From Spartobacteria bacterium (GTDB taxonomy: Bacteria; Verrucomicrobiota; Verrucomicrobiia; Chthoniobacterales; Chthoniobacteraceae): a stretch of 64,000 nt of DNA. The position numbers and the translations under genes are program-made. Of the stretch, positions 55,435 to 64,000 are shown piece by piece (positions within the stretch are counted from its first letter, which is position 1; each line of letters opens with the position of its first letter). Location: the NCBI GenBank assembly GCA_021324825.1, contig JAJPII010000029.1, forward strand, positions 15,825-79,824, written 5' to 3'. The notes under the pieces were generated by a model, which saw only the letters and a program-made list of their open reading frames with translations, did no database searches and was not told where the DNA came from.

Positions 55435-55919
55435 AAATCGCGCGCGTCACCTTGAGCGATCGCGCCACGGAAGGCGTCTATGAAGACGCGAGCGGGCCTG
55501 AGATCGAGCGCGTCGTGCAGCAGCTTTTCGCGGACGACATCGAATGGCATCGGGCGCTGTTGAGGGACGAACGGCGGGACATTGAAGAGGCATTGCGCCG
55601 CTTTGCGGATGAAGTGCGGTGCCCGCTCATCCTGACGACGGGCGGGACGGGGCCGTCGACGCGCGATGTGACCCCGGAGGCTACCCGCGCGGTATTGGAA
55701 AAGGAGTTGCCGGGGTTTGGGGAACTGATGCGAATGCAGAGCTATGCCAAAGTGAAGACCGCGATTCTCTCTCGCGCGACGGCTGGCATTCGAGGCGCCA
55801 GCCTGATAATCAATCTTCCAGGACGCCCCAGCGCCATCGCGGAATGTCTGCCTTTGATCGCGCCCGCCATTTGCGAGGCAGTGGAACACCTGACAGGGGT
55901 GCGGCCGATTTTGAGATGA
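55431..55919 (+). CDS. mog: Molybdopterin adenylyltransferase, MogA/MoaB family
   Basis: 162 aa with a GTG start overlapping the moaC stop. Motifs [50 protein letters not shown]. Confidence 0.8.
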   Translation: MKIARVTLSDRATEGVYEDASGPEIERVVQQLFADDIEWHRALLRDERRDIEEALRRFADEVRCPLILTTGGTGPSTRDVTPEATRAVLEKELPGFGELMRMQSYAKVKTAILSRATAGIRGASLIINLPGRPSAIAECLPLIAPAICEAVEHLTGVRPILR

Positions 55920-56671
55920 AGCGCTACGGACTGGGTTTGATTTTTATGTGCCTTGTCGCTGTTCCCCTCACGAATGCCGCTGAGCTGACCGTCTTTGCGG
56001 CGGCAAGCTTGATGGACGTGCTCCACGAAATCGGCGCGCGTTGGGAACAGGCCAGCGGTAACAAGGCGGTATTCAACTTCGCGAGTTCGAGCACGCTCGA
56101 GCGGCAGGTAAGCGCGGGCGCGCCGGCGGATGTTTTCCTGTCCGCGGACGAGGCGAAAATGGATCAACTCGCGAAGCAGGATTTGATACTGCCCGGCACG
56201 CGCGAAACCATTTTGTCGAATACACTGGTAGTCGTCGTGCGCAAGAAGAGCCTGCTTTCACTCACGAAGGCCGCCGATATCGCCCAAGTTTCCTCACTGG
56301 CTCTCGCCGAGCCGGAGACGGTGCCCGCGGGCATCTATGCGCGGGAATATCTCGAAAAAATCGGCTTCTGGGACGCCTTGAAGAGCAAGGTCATTCCCAC
56401 TGAGAACGTGCGGGCCGCGCTCGCGGCGGTGGAGGCCGGGAATGCGGACGCGGGGATCGTTTACAAGACCGACGAAGAAACCTCCAAAGACTTGAAGATC
56501 GCCTGGGAAGTGCCCGCGAGCGAAGGCCCGAAGATTTCCTACGCCGTCGCGATCATGCGGGCGACCAGCCAGCCCGAACTGGCGAGAAAATTTCTCGCCT
56601 GGCTCTCTTCACCTGGGGCGAAGGAATCGTTTAGAAAATACGGATTCCTTCTGCCGGGCGGGCATGATTAG
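55916..56671 (+). CDS. modA: Molybdate ABC transporter substrate-binding protein ModA
   Basis: ORF 55619..56671, trimmed to the ATG at 55916 ([21 protein letters not shown] signal peptide). Motifs VFAAASL, FASSSTL, ADVFLSAD, GIVYKTD. Confidence 0.85.
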   Translation: MKRYGLGLIFMCLVAVPLTNAAELTVFAAASLMDVLHEIGARWEQASGNKAVFNFASSSTLERQVSAGAPADVFLSADEAKMDQLAKQDLILPGTRETILSNTLVVVVRKKSLLSLTKAADIAQVSSLALAEPETVPAGIYAREYLEKIGFWDALKSKVIPTENVRAALAAVEAGNADAGIVYKTDEETSKDLKIAWEVPASEGPKISYAVAIMRATSQPELARKFLAWLSSPGAKESFRKYGFLLPGGHD

Positions 56672-57344
56672 GCCTGACGAATGGCAGGTCCTCCGCCTCA
56701 CGGTGGTGCTGGCGGCGCTGAGCAACCTGCTGATTCTCGCGCCGGGACTGGCGCTCGCATGGGTGCTGGCGCGAGGAGATTGGCGCGGGAAATCGGTGGT
56801 CGAAACGATCGTGACGCTCCCGCTTGCCATGCCGCCGGTGGCCACGGGATTGATATTGCTGAAGCTGCTGGGGCGGCGGGGAATGATCGGCGAATTTCTG
56901 CACGAAATCGTTCATTTCGACATCGCGTTCACCTGGCGCGCGGTGGTGATCGCCATGGCCGTGATGTCGTTCCCCCTGCTCGTTCGCACATGTCGCACCG
57001 CCTTTGCGCAGGTAGATCCGCGTCTGGAGCAAATCGCGCGCACGCTGGGAGCGAGTGATCCGCGCGTTTTTTTCACGATAACGCTGCCGCTCGCCCGGCG
57101 TGGAGTCGTGGCGGGAAGCCTGCTGGCCTTTGCCCGGGCGCTTGGAGAATTCGGCGCGACCATCATGGTGGCCGGCAACATTCCAGGTCGCACTTCCACG
57201 CTGCCGCTTGCGATCTATCACCTCGTGCAATTGGGGCAGGACGCACAGGCTTATCGCATGATGCTGATCTCGATTCTGATCACTTTCGCCGCCGTATGGT
57301 TCGGCGAAAAACTTGTCCCGCGCGGGAAAGAAGCCGGGCCATGA
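56664..57344 (+). CDS. modB: Molybdate ABC transporter permease ModB
   Basis: 226 aa with 5 TM helices. EAA-type loop ARTLGASDPRVFFTITLPLARRG. Overlaps modA by 8 nt. Confidence 0.85.
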   Translation: MIRPDEWQVLRLTVVLAALSNLLILAPGLALAWVLARGDWRGKSVVETIVTLPLAMPPVATGLILLKLLGRRGMIGEFLHEIVHFDIAFTWRAVVIAMAVMSFPLLVRTCRTAFAQVDPRLEQIARTLGASDPRVFFTITLPLARRGVVAGSLLAFARALGEFGATIMVAGNIPGRTSTLPLAIYHLVQLGQDAQAYRMMLISILITFAAVWFGEKLVPRGKEAGP

Positions 57345-58045
57345 GCCTAGTCGTGAAAGTCGATGCGGCATGGCCGGGATTCCGTTTGCGGATCGATTTC
57401 GCGGCTGAGCACGGGATGACCGGAGTTTTCGGACGCTCGGGCGCCGGGAAGACTTCGTTGCTTGATGTGGTCGCGGGCATCCGCAAGCCGTTGCAGGCAT
57501 TCGTAAAGCTGAATGGGTATGTGCTTACCGATACCGCCGGGGGAATCTTTGTTCCGGTGCGGCGAAGGCGAATCGGGTACGTGTCGCAGAATCTCTCGCT
57601 CTTCCCGCATTTGTCGGTGCGGCGGAACTTGCTCTACGGCTCTTCCGACGGAGAGGGCGGGGAGCCTTTCTCGCTGGCCCACGTCACAAAACTGCTCGAA
57701 ATCGCGCCGCTCATCGAGCGTGAGATCACTCATCTCTCCGGCGGTGAATTGCAGCGCGTGGCGCTGGCGCGAGTGCTCTTGAGCCGGCCGCGTTTGCTCC
57801 TGCTCGATGAGCCGCTCGCCAACCTGGATGCAGGTTTGAAGGCGAAGATCATTCCTTTTTTGCGCGGGATCCGGGACGAGTTCGGAATTCCGACTCTCTA
57901 CGTTTCTCATGATCCGATGGAGATGGTAGCGCTTTGCCAGAACGTGCTCGTCATCGAGCGCGGCGAAGGCTGGCAACTCCGCACGCCAGAGGAAATGTTC
58001 GAACAGCGCACAGAGACGGTTTATCGGCTCCGTGGGGATTTATAA
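57341..58045 (+). CDS. modC: Molybdate ABC transporter ATPase ModC (short form, no TOBE domain)
   Basis: ORF 57296..58045, trimmed to the ATG at 57341 (ATGA overlap). Walker A GRSGAGKTS, signature LSGGELQR, Walker B LLLLDEP. At 234 aa it ends soon after the H-loop. Confidence 0.85.
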   Translation: MSLVVKVDAAWPGFRLRIDFAAEHGMTGVFGRSGAGKTSLLDVVAGIRKPLQAFVKLNGYVLTDTAGGIFVPVRRRRIGYVSQNLSLFPHLSVRRNLLYGSSDGEGGEPFSLAHVTKLLEIAPLIEREITHLSGGELQRVALARVLLSRPRLLLLDEPLANLDAGLKAKIIPFLRGIRDEFGIPTLYVSHDPMEMVALCQNVLVIERGEGWQLRTPEEMFEQRTETVYRLRGDL

Positions 58046-58618
58046 CGCCCTAAATCCGGCGAGATCGGCAGGAGTGTTGACGTTGAAAAAAAGTGCGCGC
58101 TCGCCAGCCGCCATCAGCCGCTCCCGCACGAGACCGCTCGCGACAGCACGCGAGACGAATCCTTGCAACGAGCGAGCGCGTTGGGCGAGGCACTCCTCCG
58201 CAAGGGCCAGCGCAGCCGCGGGATAGGCCGCCGCCAGCGGCTCATACCGTTCGCCGATTTTCGGCACGACGCCGGTGTCCGCTCCCGCGGATTCGACAAG
58301 CATCCTCAGAAAAGCGGATGTCATCGACGGCATGTCCACGGCTAGCACCACGATGAGCGGGTACGTAGCGCGGCGCAGGACTGAAACAAGACCGCCGAGC
58401 GGCCCGCAAGCAGGCCGCTCGTCTTCGACGACGACCAAACCGGCGTCACGCCAGTCCGGGCGGTCCGGTCCTGAAACAATGACTTCATCCACCCCTGTCT
58501 TGCGCAGAATCGCGATTTGCCTTTGCCAAAGCGACTCTCCGCCCACGAGCATGTCCGCTTTATCCAAACCCATCCGGCGCGACTGTCCACCCGCGAGAAG
58601 TGCGCCGCTGCATTTCAT
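58040..58618 (-). CDS. mobA: Molybdenum cofactor guanylyltransferase MobA
   Basis: ORF 58040..58681, trimmed to the ATG at 58618 (MKCSGALLAGGQSRRMGLDK). The LAGGxSxRMG motif is present. Its 3' end overlaps modC convergently by 6 nt. Confidence 0.8.
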   Translation of the reverse strand: MKCSGALLAGGQSRRMGLDKADMLVGGESLWQRQIAILRKTGVDEVIVSGPDRPDWRDAGLVVVEDERPACGPLGGLVSVLRRATYPLIVVLAVDMPSMTSAFLRMLVESAGADTGVVPKIGERYEPLAAAYPAAALALAEECLAQRARSLQGFVSRAVASGLVRERLMAAGERALFFNVNTPADLAGFRAL

Positions 58619-59121
58619 CGAACTTCGAGTATGCCGTCCGTAAGGATTTGCGCGCGCAACCCGCCGAGGCCCATCAGCCACTCCTCCGCGCCGGGACAGA
58701 CGGCTTCATTCATCCAATAGCACGGGGTGCATTCACCCGTGCCTTGGAACCGCACGCCGCCGATTTCGAACGGGACGCCGATCCATTCGTTTAAATCGAC
58801 GCCGCTGAGGATCACGTTGCGGCGGAAAACGCTCGGTGGTTTCTCCTCTTTTGGAAGGTTGAACTCAGTGAGCAAGCGTTCGTAAACTTCCGCTGAAAAA
58901 AACGTGATCTGCCCTTTGTAATCCTTTTTGAAATCAAAAAAACGATCGCCCTTGATTCCCAGTCCTGCAAGGCACTCGATGCGGTCCATTTCAACCATGG
59001 GCACCTCTCCAGGGGGCAGGCCATGATGTCCAAAAAAATTGTGCGCTGGAGAAATGTAGAGATGGCGAATTTGGATCACGGGATTTGATTTTGAACACGC
59101 TGGATGAGAGGACAAAAACAA
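58615..59121 (-). CDS. MOSC domain-containing protein
   Basis: 168 aa (alternative GTG start at 59079). Contains RNVILSGVDLNEW...FQGTGECTPCYWMNE, with the conserved Cys typical of MOSC. The stop overlaps the mobA ATG (ATGA). Confidence 0.7.
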   Translation of the reverse strand: MFLSSHPACSKSNPVIQIRHLYISPAHNFFGHHGLPPGEVPMVEMDRIECLAGLGIKGDRFFDFKKDYKGQITFFSAEVYERLLTEFNLPKEEKPPSVFRRNVILSGVDLNEWIGVPFEIGGVRFQGTGECTPCYWMNEAVCPGAEEWLMGLGGLRAQILTDGILEVR

Positions 59122-59498
59122 TGGTACGTTATATCACTTCGGATAGAACGATCAAGATTCAGCCGCGCCAATCTGAAATACCGCCTGCCCCCGCAGAGAC
59201 GGAGGGCGTGATGGCTCATTATCGCTTTGATCTCTTCAATCCTGCTTCTTGGTCATGGTTCCTTTCGGTTTTTAGGCTTCTTGGTCGAAACCACCCGAAT
59301 ACCATGACCCTTTCTTTTTGCAGAGAATTTAGGACACTACCTTTGCGGCGGCCCCGAAGCGTATGGTGGAACCCGGCCAACCGAAAGACCGCCGCGGTTC
59401 CGCGCCACCGCGAGATCAAATCCCACAGCATGGGCTGTTTGCAAGGCGCTGGAGATTTTGAAGCCTTGAGATGCGCAACAGTCGGAATCGACTCCCTT

Positions 59499-59822
59499 TT
59501 ACGCCGCGAGTTGCAGCAGGAGAATGCCTGAACCGATGAGGGTGATGGCGAACCACTGCCAGGATGTAAGCGTCGATTTGAAAAGGACGCACGAGAACAA
59601 TTGAAGGAAGAAGAACCCGCCTCCGAAACAGAGCGCGTAGATGATGTTCGGGTTGTTATTCCTGAGGGCAAGCGTCAGGAAAACGGTGCAGAAAAATCCG
59701 ATGACATTGCCGGCAATGAACCAGCCGAGGCTCGGGGCGGACCGGCCCTCGACCATCTTGAAACAAAGGTTCGCGCTCACCTGAGCGAGCACGAAGCCGA
59801 GGCAAAGAAGCGTGGTTCTCAA
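59499..59822 (-). CDS. Small 4-TM membrane protein, DMT/SMR-like (start uncertain)
   Basis: ORF 59499..59969, but its first 49 codons translate a REPIN. The first plausible start is the TTG at 59822. About 107 aa with four hydrophobic helices. Confidence 0.35.
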   Translation of the reverse strand: MRTTLLCLGFVLAQVSANLCFKMVEGRSAPSLGWFIAGNVIGFFCTVFLTLALRNNNPNIIYALCFGGGFFFLQLFSCVLFKSTLTSWQWFAITLIGSGILLLQLAA

Positions 59823-59861
59823 GAACTGGAGCGTGTCATGAACTTTTGGCCCGCTCTTGGT

Positions 59862-59936
59862 TGTAGAGGCGGCTGTGCCAGCCGCCTGGAGCGCGGGTAG
59901 GAAAGTCGGTAGGCGGCTGGCACAGCCGCCTCTACA
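59862..59936. repeat. REPIN (inverted REP doublet, consensus copies)
   Basis: tgtagaggcggctgtgccagccgcctgg + 20-nt spacer + aggcggctggcacagccgcctctaca. It shares the cctggagcgcggg extension with the 6136 copy. Confidence 0.85.
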
Positions 59937-59984
59937 ACGACAACGACGTCGCTCAGGGAGAGCGGCCAAAAGTGCATGACCCCT

Positions 59985-61439
59985 CTAGGAAGCCGCGAGC
60001 GGCTCGCCTTTGCGCGAACGCATGAACTGGAAGAACTCGAGGCCTTCGCGCAGACGGCGCTGCATCACGTGGGCGTCCTGGAGCATCGTCCAGAGGATGC
60101 GCGCGATGGGGCGCGGACGGAAGTAGTAGGACTTGTAGAACTTCTCGACGTATTCGAATATCTGGTCGCGGTCCAAGCCGTCGTATTGCAGGACGGCGGT
60201 CTGCTGGCCCCTGGCGTCGGTCAATTCGACGGGGCCGCTGAACCAGTTGTTCTCTTTCGCCTGCTTGTAAAGCTCCGTGCCGGGATACGGCGCGGCCAGG
60301 CTCACTTGAAGCGAGAACGGGTCGATCTCCTTGGCGTACTCGATGGTCTCGCGGATCGTCTGGTGCGTTTCGCCCGGCAGCCCGAGGATGAACGTCCCGT
60401 GGATGGCGATGCCGAGCTTCTTGCAGTTCTTCGTGAACTCGCGGGCTTGCTCCAGCCGGACGCCCTTCTTGATGTTGTCGAGTATTTTCTGGTTGCCGCT
60501 CTCGTAGCCGACCAGGAGGAGGCGCAGGCCGTTGTCGCGCATGACCTTGAGGGTCTCGTAGCTGACATTGGCGCGGGCGTTGCAACTCCACATGATGCCG
60601 AGTTGCCCGAGCTTCACCGCGATCTCGCGGGTGCGGACGGGGTAGGCCGTGAAGGTGTCGTCGTCGAAAAAGAATTCCTGCACCTGCGGGAAGAGCGACT
60701 TGGCGTGTGCCATCTCGCGGTAAACGGCGTCGGCCGATTTGGCGCGGTACTTGTGCCCGCCGACCGTCTGCGGCCAGAGGCAGAAGGTGCATTGCGCGGG
60801 GCAGCCCCGCCCCGTGTAGTGCGAGACGTACGGGTATTTCAGATACCCGATGACGTAGTTCTCGACGGTCAGGTCGCGCTTGTAGACATCCATCACGCTC
60901 GGCAGGTCGTCGAAGCTCTGGATGAGCTGGCGCTCCTGGTTATGGACGAATTTCCCCTCGCGGCGATACGAGACGCCGTCGACGGATTCCAGGGGTTTCC
61001 CCTCGGCGAGTTCCTTGCAGGTAAAGTCAAATTCCTTGCGGCATACGAAGTCGATGGCTTCCGAGGCGCCAAGCGTCTCTTCGGGAAGGACGGCGGCATG
61101 GGCGCCGACGAAGCCGACCGCGGTATCCGGCGACTGGTTCTTGATCGCTTCCGCCAGCATGGCGTCGCCGTGCAGGGTCGGGCTGCTCGTGTGGATGACG
61201 ACAAGTTCGTAGTCGCGCGCAATCTTCAAGACATCGTCCACGGACAGGCCGTCCGGGGGCGCATCAACGAGCCGGCTTCCCTCCACGAGCGCAGCCGGCT
61301 GTGCGAGCCACGTCGGATACCAGAATGAGCGGATTTCCCGCTTCGCCTGGTACCGCGAACCCGCCCCGCCATCGAAGCCCTGCCACGAAGGCGGGTTGAG
61401 GAATAAAGTCTTTTTGTTTTGCACGGGGTTCTTTTGCAC
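59985..61439 (-). CDS. hpnJ: B12-binding radical SAM protein, HpnJ-like (hopanoid-associated)
   Basis: 484 aa. LFLNPPSWQGFDGGAGSRYQAKREIRSFWYPTWLAQPAAL, radical SAM motif YTGRGCPAQCTFCLWPQ and LLVGYESGNQKIL match my recollection of HpnJ (TIGR03471). Confidence 0.75.
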   Translation of the reverse strand: MQKNPVQNKKTLFLNPPSWQGFDGGAGSRYQAKREIRSFWYPTWLAQPAALVEGSRLVDAPPDGLSVDDVLKIARDYELVVIHTSSPTLHGDAMLAEAIKNQSPDTAVGFVGAHAAVLPEETLGASEAIDFVCRKEFDFTCKELAEGKPLESVDGVSYRREGKFVHNQERQLIQSFDDLPSVMDVYKRDLTVENYVIGYLKYPYVSHYTGRGCPAQCTFCLWPQTVGGHKYRAKSADAVYREMAHAKSLFPQVQEFFFDDDTFTAYPVRTREIAVKLGQLGIMWSCNARANVSYETLKVMRDNGLRLLLVGYESGNQKILDNIKKGVRLEQAREFTKNCKKLGIAIHGTFILGLPGETHQTIRETIEYAKEIDPFSLQVSLAAPYPGTELYKQAKENNWFSGPVELTDARGQQTAVLQYDGLDRDQIFEYVEKFYKSYYFRPRPIARILWTMLQDAHVMQRRLREGLEFFQFMRSRKGEPLAAS

Positions 61440-61576
61440 TCTGCCATGGGGCGCGTCAAGTCCTTTCGGACCCTGGCGAGCCGTTCCTAAGGGGTGTCAT
61501 GCATTTTTTGTCCGCAGGGATGCGTTCTCGTTGCCTGAAGACTGGGAACGGTCCGGCGCTTTGGTATTGCCTCCCT

Positions 61577-61604
61577 CCAGGCGGCTGGCACAGCCGCCTC
61601 TTCA
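61577..61604. repeat. REP unit (single, reverse orientation)
   Basis: ccaggcggctggcacagccgcctcttca, with one mismatch in the outer arm. Confidence 0.75.
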
Positions 61605-61629
61605 ACCCAACCCAAGAGCGGGCAAAGTT

Positions 61630-62844
61630 CTAGGTGGAGGGCCGCTTGCAGAGATCGGCGTACAAGGCGTGGGTCTGCGCGGCGATGGCCGACCAGCTGA
61701 ACTTTTCCACGGCGCGCTTTCTGCCCGCTTTGCCGAACCGCTCGCCGAGCGCGGGGTCGGCCATGACCTGGTTGACGCGGGCGGCAAGGTCGCGCGCGAA
61801 CTGGTCGGGGTTGGTCGGCTCGAAGGGGCTTTCTTTCATCTGCTCGACCGGGACGAGGAACCCGGTCTCCCCGTCGACGACGACTTCCTTTATGCCGCCC
61901 ACGGCGCTGGCGACGACCGCCGTCTCGCAAGCCATCGCTTCCAGGTTGATGATGCCGAACGGCTCGTAGATCGAGGGGCAGCAAAACACCGAGGCGTGCG
62001 AGTAGAACTCGTAGACGGTCTTTTTGTCGACCATCTCCTCGATCCAGAGGATGTCGGGCCGGACTTTGCGGGCGGCCTCGACGGCGGCGGCCATCTCGCG
62101 GGCGATCTCCGGCGTATCCGGCGCGCCGGCGCAGAGGACGACCCGGAAGCCGGGGTTCATGTAACGGACGGCGTTGACGAGGTGGACGATGCCCTTCTGC
62201 CGGGTGATGCGCCCGACGAACAGGAGAAACGGTACGTTCGGGTCGATGCCGTATCTGGCGAGCGCCGCCGTGGATTCGACCTTTTGGTATTCGGAGAGGT
62301 CGATTCCGTTGTGGATGATCTTGATCCGCTCCTCCGGTACGTCGAAAAGCCGGAGCACGTCGGCCTTCGTGTCATTGGAGACGGCGATGACGGCGTCGGC
62401 CATCTCGATGGCGGTCTTCTCCAGCCAGCAGGTGAAGTCGTAGCCGCCCGCGAGTTGTTCCCGTTTCCAGGGCCGGAGCGGTTCCAGGGAGTGGACGGTG
62501 AGCGCCATCGGGATGCCGTAATTCAACTTCGCGAGGATGCCTCCGAAATGGCTGTACCACGTATGGCAATGGACGACATCGGCGTCGATGGCCGTCGTGT
62601 TGAAATCGACGCACCGCCGGATCGCGCCGAAGACCGAGCGCAACGGCTTGGGACAGGTGAAGCCGCCCGCATCCAGGGGAAAGCCCTGGACTTTGAGGTT
62701 TTCCAGCGCCTGGGACTGGTCGCCGAACGCGCGGACTTCCACGTCCATGATCTTCGCCAACTCCCGGCTGAGGTAATCGACATGGACGCCCGCGCCGCCA
62801 TAGACGTGGGGAGGATATTCGTTGGTTAGAAACAAGGTTTTCAT
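61630..62844 (-). CDS. glgA: GT4 glycosyltransferase, glycogen synthase (Corynebacterium-type GlgA)-like
   Basis: 404 aa. Motifs LTNEYPPHVYGGAGVHVDYL, HCHTWYS, FVGRITRQKG, PSIYEPFGIINLEAMA. Confidence 0.7.
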   Translation of the reverse strand: MKTLFLTNEYPPHVYGGAGVHVDYLSRELAKIMDVEVRAFGDQSQALENLKVQGFPLDAGGFTCPKPLRSVFGAIRRCVDFNTTAIDADVVHCHTWYSHFGGILAKLNYGIPMALTVHSLEPLRPWKREQLAGGYDFTCWLEKTAIEMADAVIAVSNDTKADVLRLFDVPEERIKIIHNGIDLSEYQKVESTAALARYGIDPNVPFLLFVGRITRQKGIVHLVNAVRYMNPGFRVVLCAGAPDTPEIAREMAAAVEAARKVRPDILWIEEMVDKKTVYEFYSHASVFCCPSIYEPFGIINLEAMACETAVVASAVGGIKEVVVDGETGFLVPVEQMKESPFEPTNPDQFARDLAARVNQVMADPALGERFGKAGRKRAVEKFSWSAIAAQTHALYADLCKRPST

Positions 62845-64000
62845 CAGGAGTGTTGGATCCAGAATTTAATGAATATGGGGATGATGAGGATGGCGACGAT
62901 GTTGACGACCTTGATCATGGGATTGATGGCGGGGCCGGCGGTGTCCTTGTACGGGTCGCCCACCGTGTCGCCCGTGACGGAAGCCGCGTGCGCGGGCGAT
63001 CCTTTGCCGCCGTGGTTGCCTTCCTCGATGTATTTCTTCGCGTTATCCCAGGCGCCGCCGCTCGATGTCATGGCGATGGCGACGAAAAGGCCCGTGACGA
63101 TGGTGCCCACCAGCACCCCGCCCAGCACCACCGGCCCCAGCGCGGGAATGGCCGCGACCGCGAGGACAAACGCCACCGGCAACAGCGCGGGGACGATCAT
63201 CTCGCGCAGGGCGGCCTTGGTGACGATGTCCACGCAGGCGCCGTAATCGGGAATATCGTCTCCCGTCAGGATGCCGGGCTTCATCTGAAGCTGGCGGCGC
63301 ACTTCGCGCACGACCGCGCCCGCGGCCTTGCCGACGGCGTCCATGCTGAAGGCCGTGAAGATAAAGGGAAGTAACCCGCCGATGAAGAGGCCGATGACGA
63401 CCTCCGGCTGGGTAAGCGAGAACTCCAGCGGCGGGGATACGGCATGCTGCCCGCGGGCGTAGAAGGACTTCAACTCCTCGACATAGGAGCCGAAGAGCAC
63501 CAGCGCGGCGAGGCCCGCGGAAGCGATGGCATACCCTTTGGTGACGGCCTTCATGGTGTTGCCGACGGCGTCCAACTCGTCGGTGATCGCCCGGACGCTT
63601 TTTGGCAAACCGCTCATGACGGCGATGCCGCCCGCGTTGTCCGTGATTGGGCCGAACGCATCCAGGGAGATGATGATGCCCGCCATGGAAAGCATGCTGG
63701 TGACGGCGATCGCTATGCCGTAGAGCCCGGCAAAATTGAAACTGAGGAGGATGGCGATGCCGATGAACCCGACCGGGAGGGCCGTGGCGTGCTGCCCGAG
63801 CGCCAGCCCGGCGATGATGTTCGTGGCGTGCCCCGTCTCCGAAGCCTTGGCGATATTCCGCACGGGAGAAAAGCTCGTGGAGGTGTAGTAGTTGGTGATG
63901 ATGACGACAACGCCCGTCATGACCAACCCGACGACGGACGCCTTATAGAGATCGTAGGCGGTGCGCTCGACGCCCGAGATCACGACCGGGTGCGGGAAGA
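62844..64000 (-). CDS. hppA: Membrane-bound proton/sodium-translocating pyrophosphatase, C-terminal part (gene runs off the window)
   Basis: The ORF is open to the window edge. Motifs [51 protein letters not shown]. Its stop shares 1 nt with the glgA-like start. Confidence 0.9.
   Translation of the reverse strand, partial: FPHPVVISGVERTAYDLYKASVVGLVMTGVVVIITNYYTSTSFSPVRNIAKASETGHATNIIAGLALGQHATALPVGFIGIAILLSFNFAGLYGIAIAVTSMLSMAGIIISLDAFGPITDNAGGIAVMSGLPKSVRAITDELDAVGNTMKAVTKGYAIASAGLAALVLFGSYVEELKSFYARGQHAVSPPLEFSLTQPEVVIGLFIGGLLPFIFTAFSMDAVGKAAGAVVREVRRQLQMKPGILTGDDIPDYGACVDIVTKAALREMIVPALLPVAFVLAVAAIPALGPVVLGGVLVGTIVTGLFVAIAMTSSGGAWDNAKKYIEEGNHGGKGSPAHAASVTGDTVGDPYKDTAGPAINPMIKVVNIVAILIIPIFIKFWIQHS

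Noticed and set aside
59085-59531. 148-aa plus-strand ORF in the MOSC upstream gap.
   Set aside because: No recognisable domain. It overlaps the 3' end of the small membrane-protein gene and has atypical composition. It is kept only as part of the leader-region finding.
59976-61328. 450-aa plus-strand ORF antisense to hpnJ. Similar cases are 61396..62829 opposite the GT4 gene and 11546..12601 opposite the adhesin gene.
   Set aside because: Shadow ORFs. The opposite strands encode strongly recognisable proteins.
867-61604. Dispersed 28-nt palindromic repeats considered as a possible CRISPR array or as transposon inverted repeats.
   Set aside because: The copies are scattered singly or as inverted doublets in intergenic regions, with no regular spacing, no spacers and no cas genes. 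The structure and the adjacent HUH-Tyr gene fit REP/REPIN elements.

Overview
High-GC bacterial chromosomal segment, most consistent with Verrucomicrobiota. Supporting evidence is a giant PATR-repeat adhesin with a PEP-CTERM tail, a Verru_Chthon-cassette-A-like giant pseudopilin, and dispersed REP hairpins with a RAYT gene. All calls come from reading the ORF translations and the DNA by eye; no searches were run. Family names rest on recalled motifs, and domain borders are approximate.

Layout:
(1) 0.1-12.7 kb, cell-surface block on the minus strand: secreted protein, 1450-aa pseudopilin-like giant, 2144-aa adhesin.
(2) 13.2-14.0 kb: a REP-associated tyrosine transposase bracketed by REPIN doublets. 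Related REP hairpins occur at five further loci.
(3) 14.0-16.8 kb: FMN reductase, response-regulator/PP2C phosphatase, glycosyltransferase.
(4) 16.8-31.5 kb: a four-gene, translationally coupled NRPS-PKS operon. Its domain order is A-T | KS-AT-ACP-aminotransferase-luciferase-like monooxygenase-C-A-T-sulfotransferase | degenerate C-degenerate T-Cys-thioesterase | PPTase. I cannot map this to any characterised pathway, so it is the best candidate for an undescribed system.
(5) 31.5-38.4 kb: MscS channel, class II Fic, and an SNF2 helicase/M50 protease/phosphodiester glycosidase string.
(6) 38.5-59.9 kb: a visibly lower-GC island flanked by REPs. It carries a LysR regulator and a roughly 18-kb co-directional nitrate-assimilation, Moco-biosynthesis and molybdate-uptake array. 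Its redox wiring is unusual: siroheme reductase, CysJ-like diflavin reductase, a ferredoxin/DmsC-anchor fusion, and a NAS-type molybdoenzyme. It also contains a decayed porin gene.
(7) 59.9-64.0 kb: hpnJ-like radical SAM gene, GT4 glycogen-synthase-like gene, and a partial H+-pyrophosphatase gene.

No rRNA, tRNA, CRISPR array, integrase or prophage genes were recognised.
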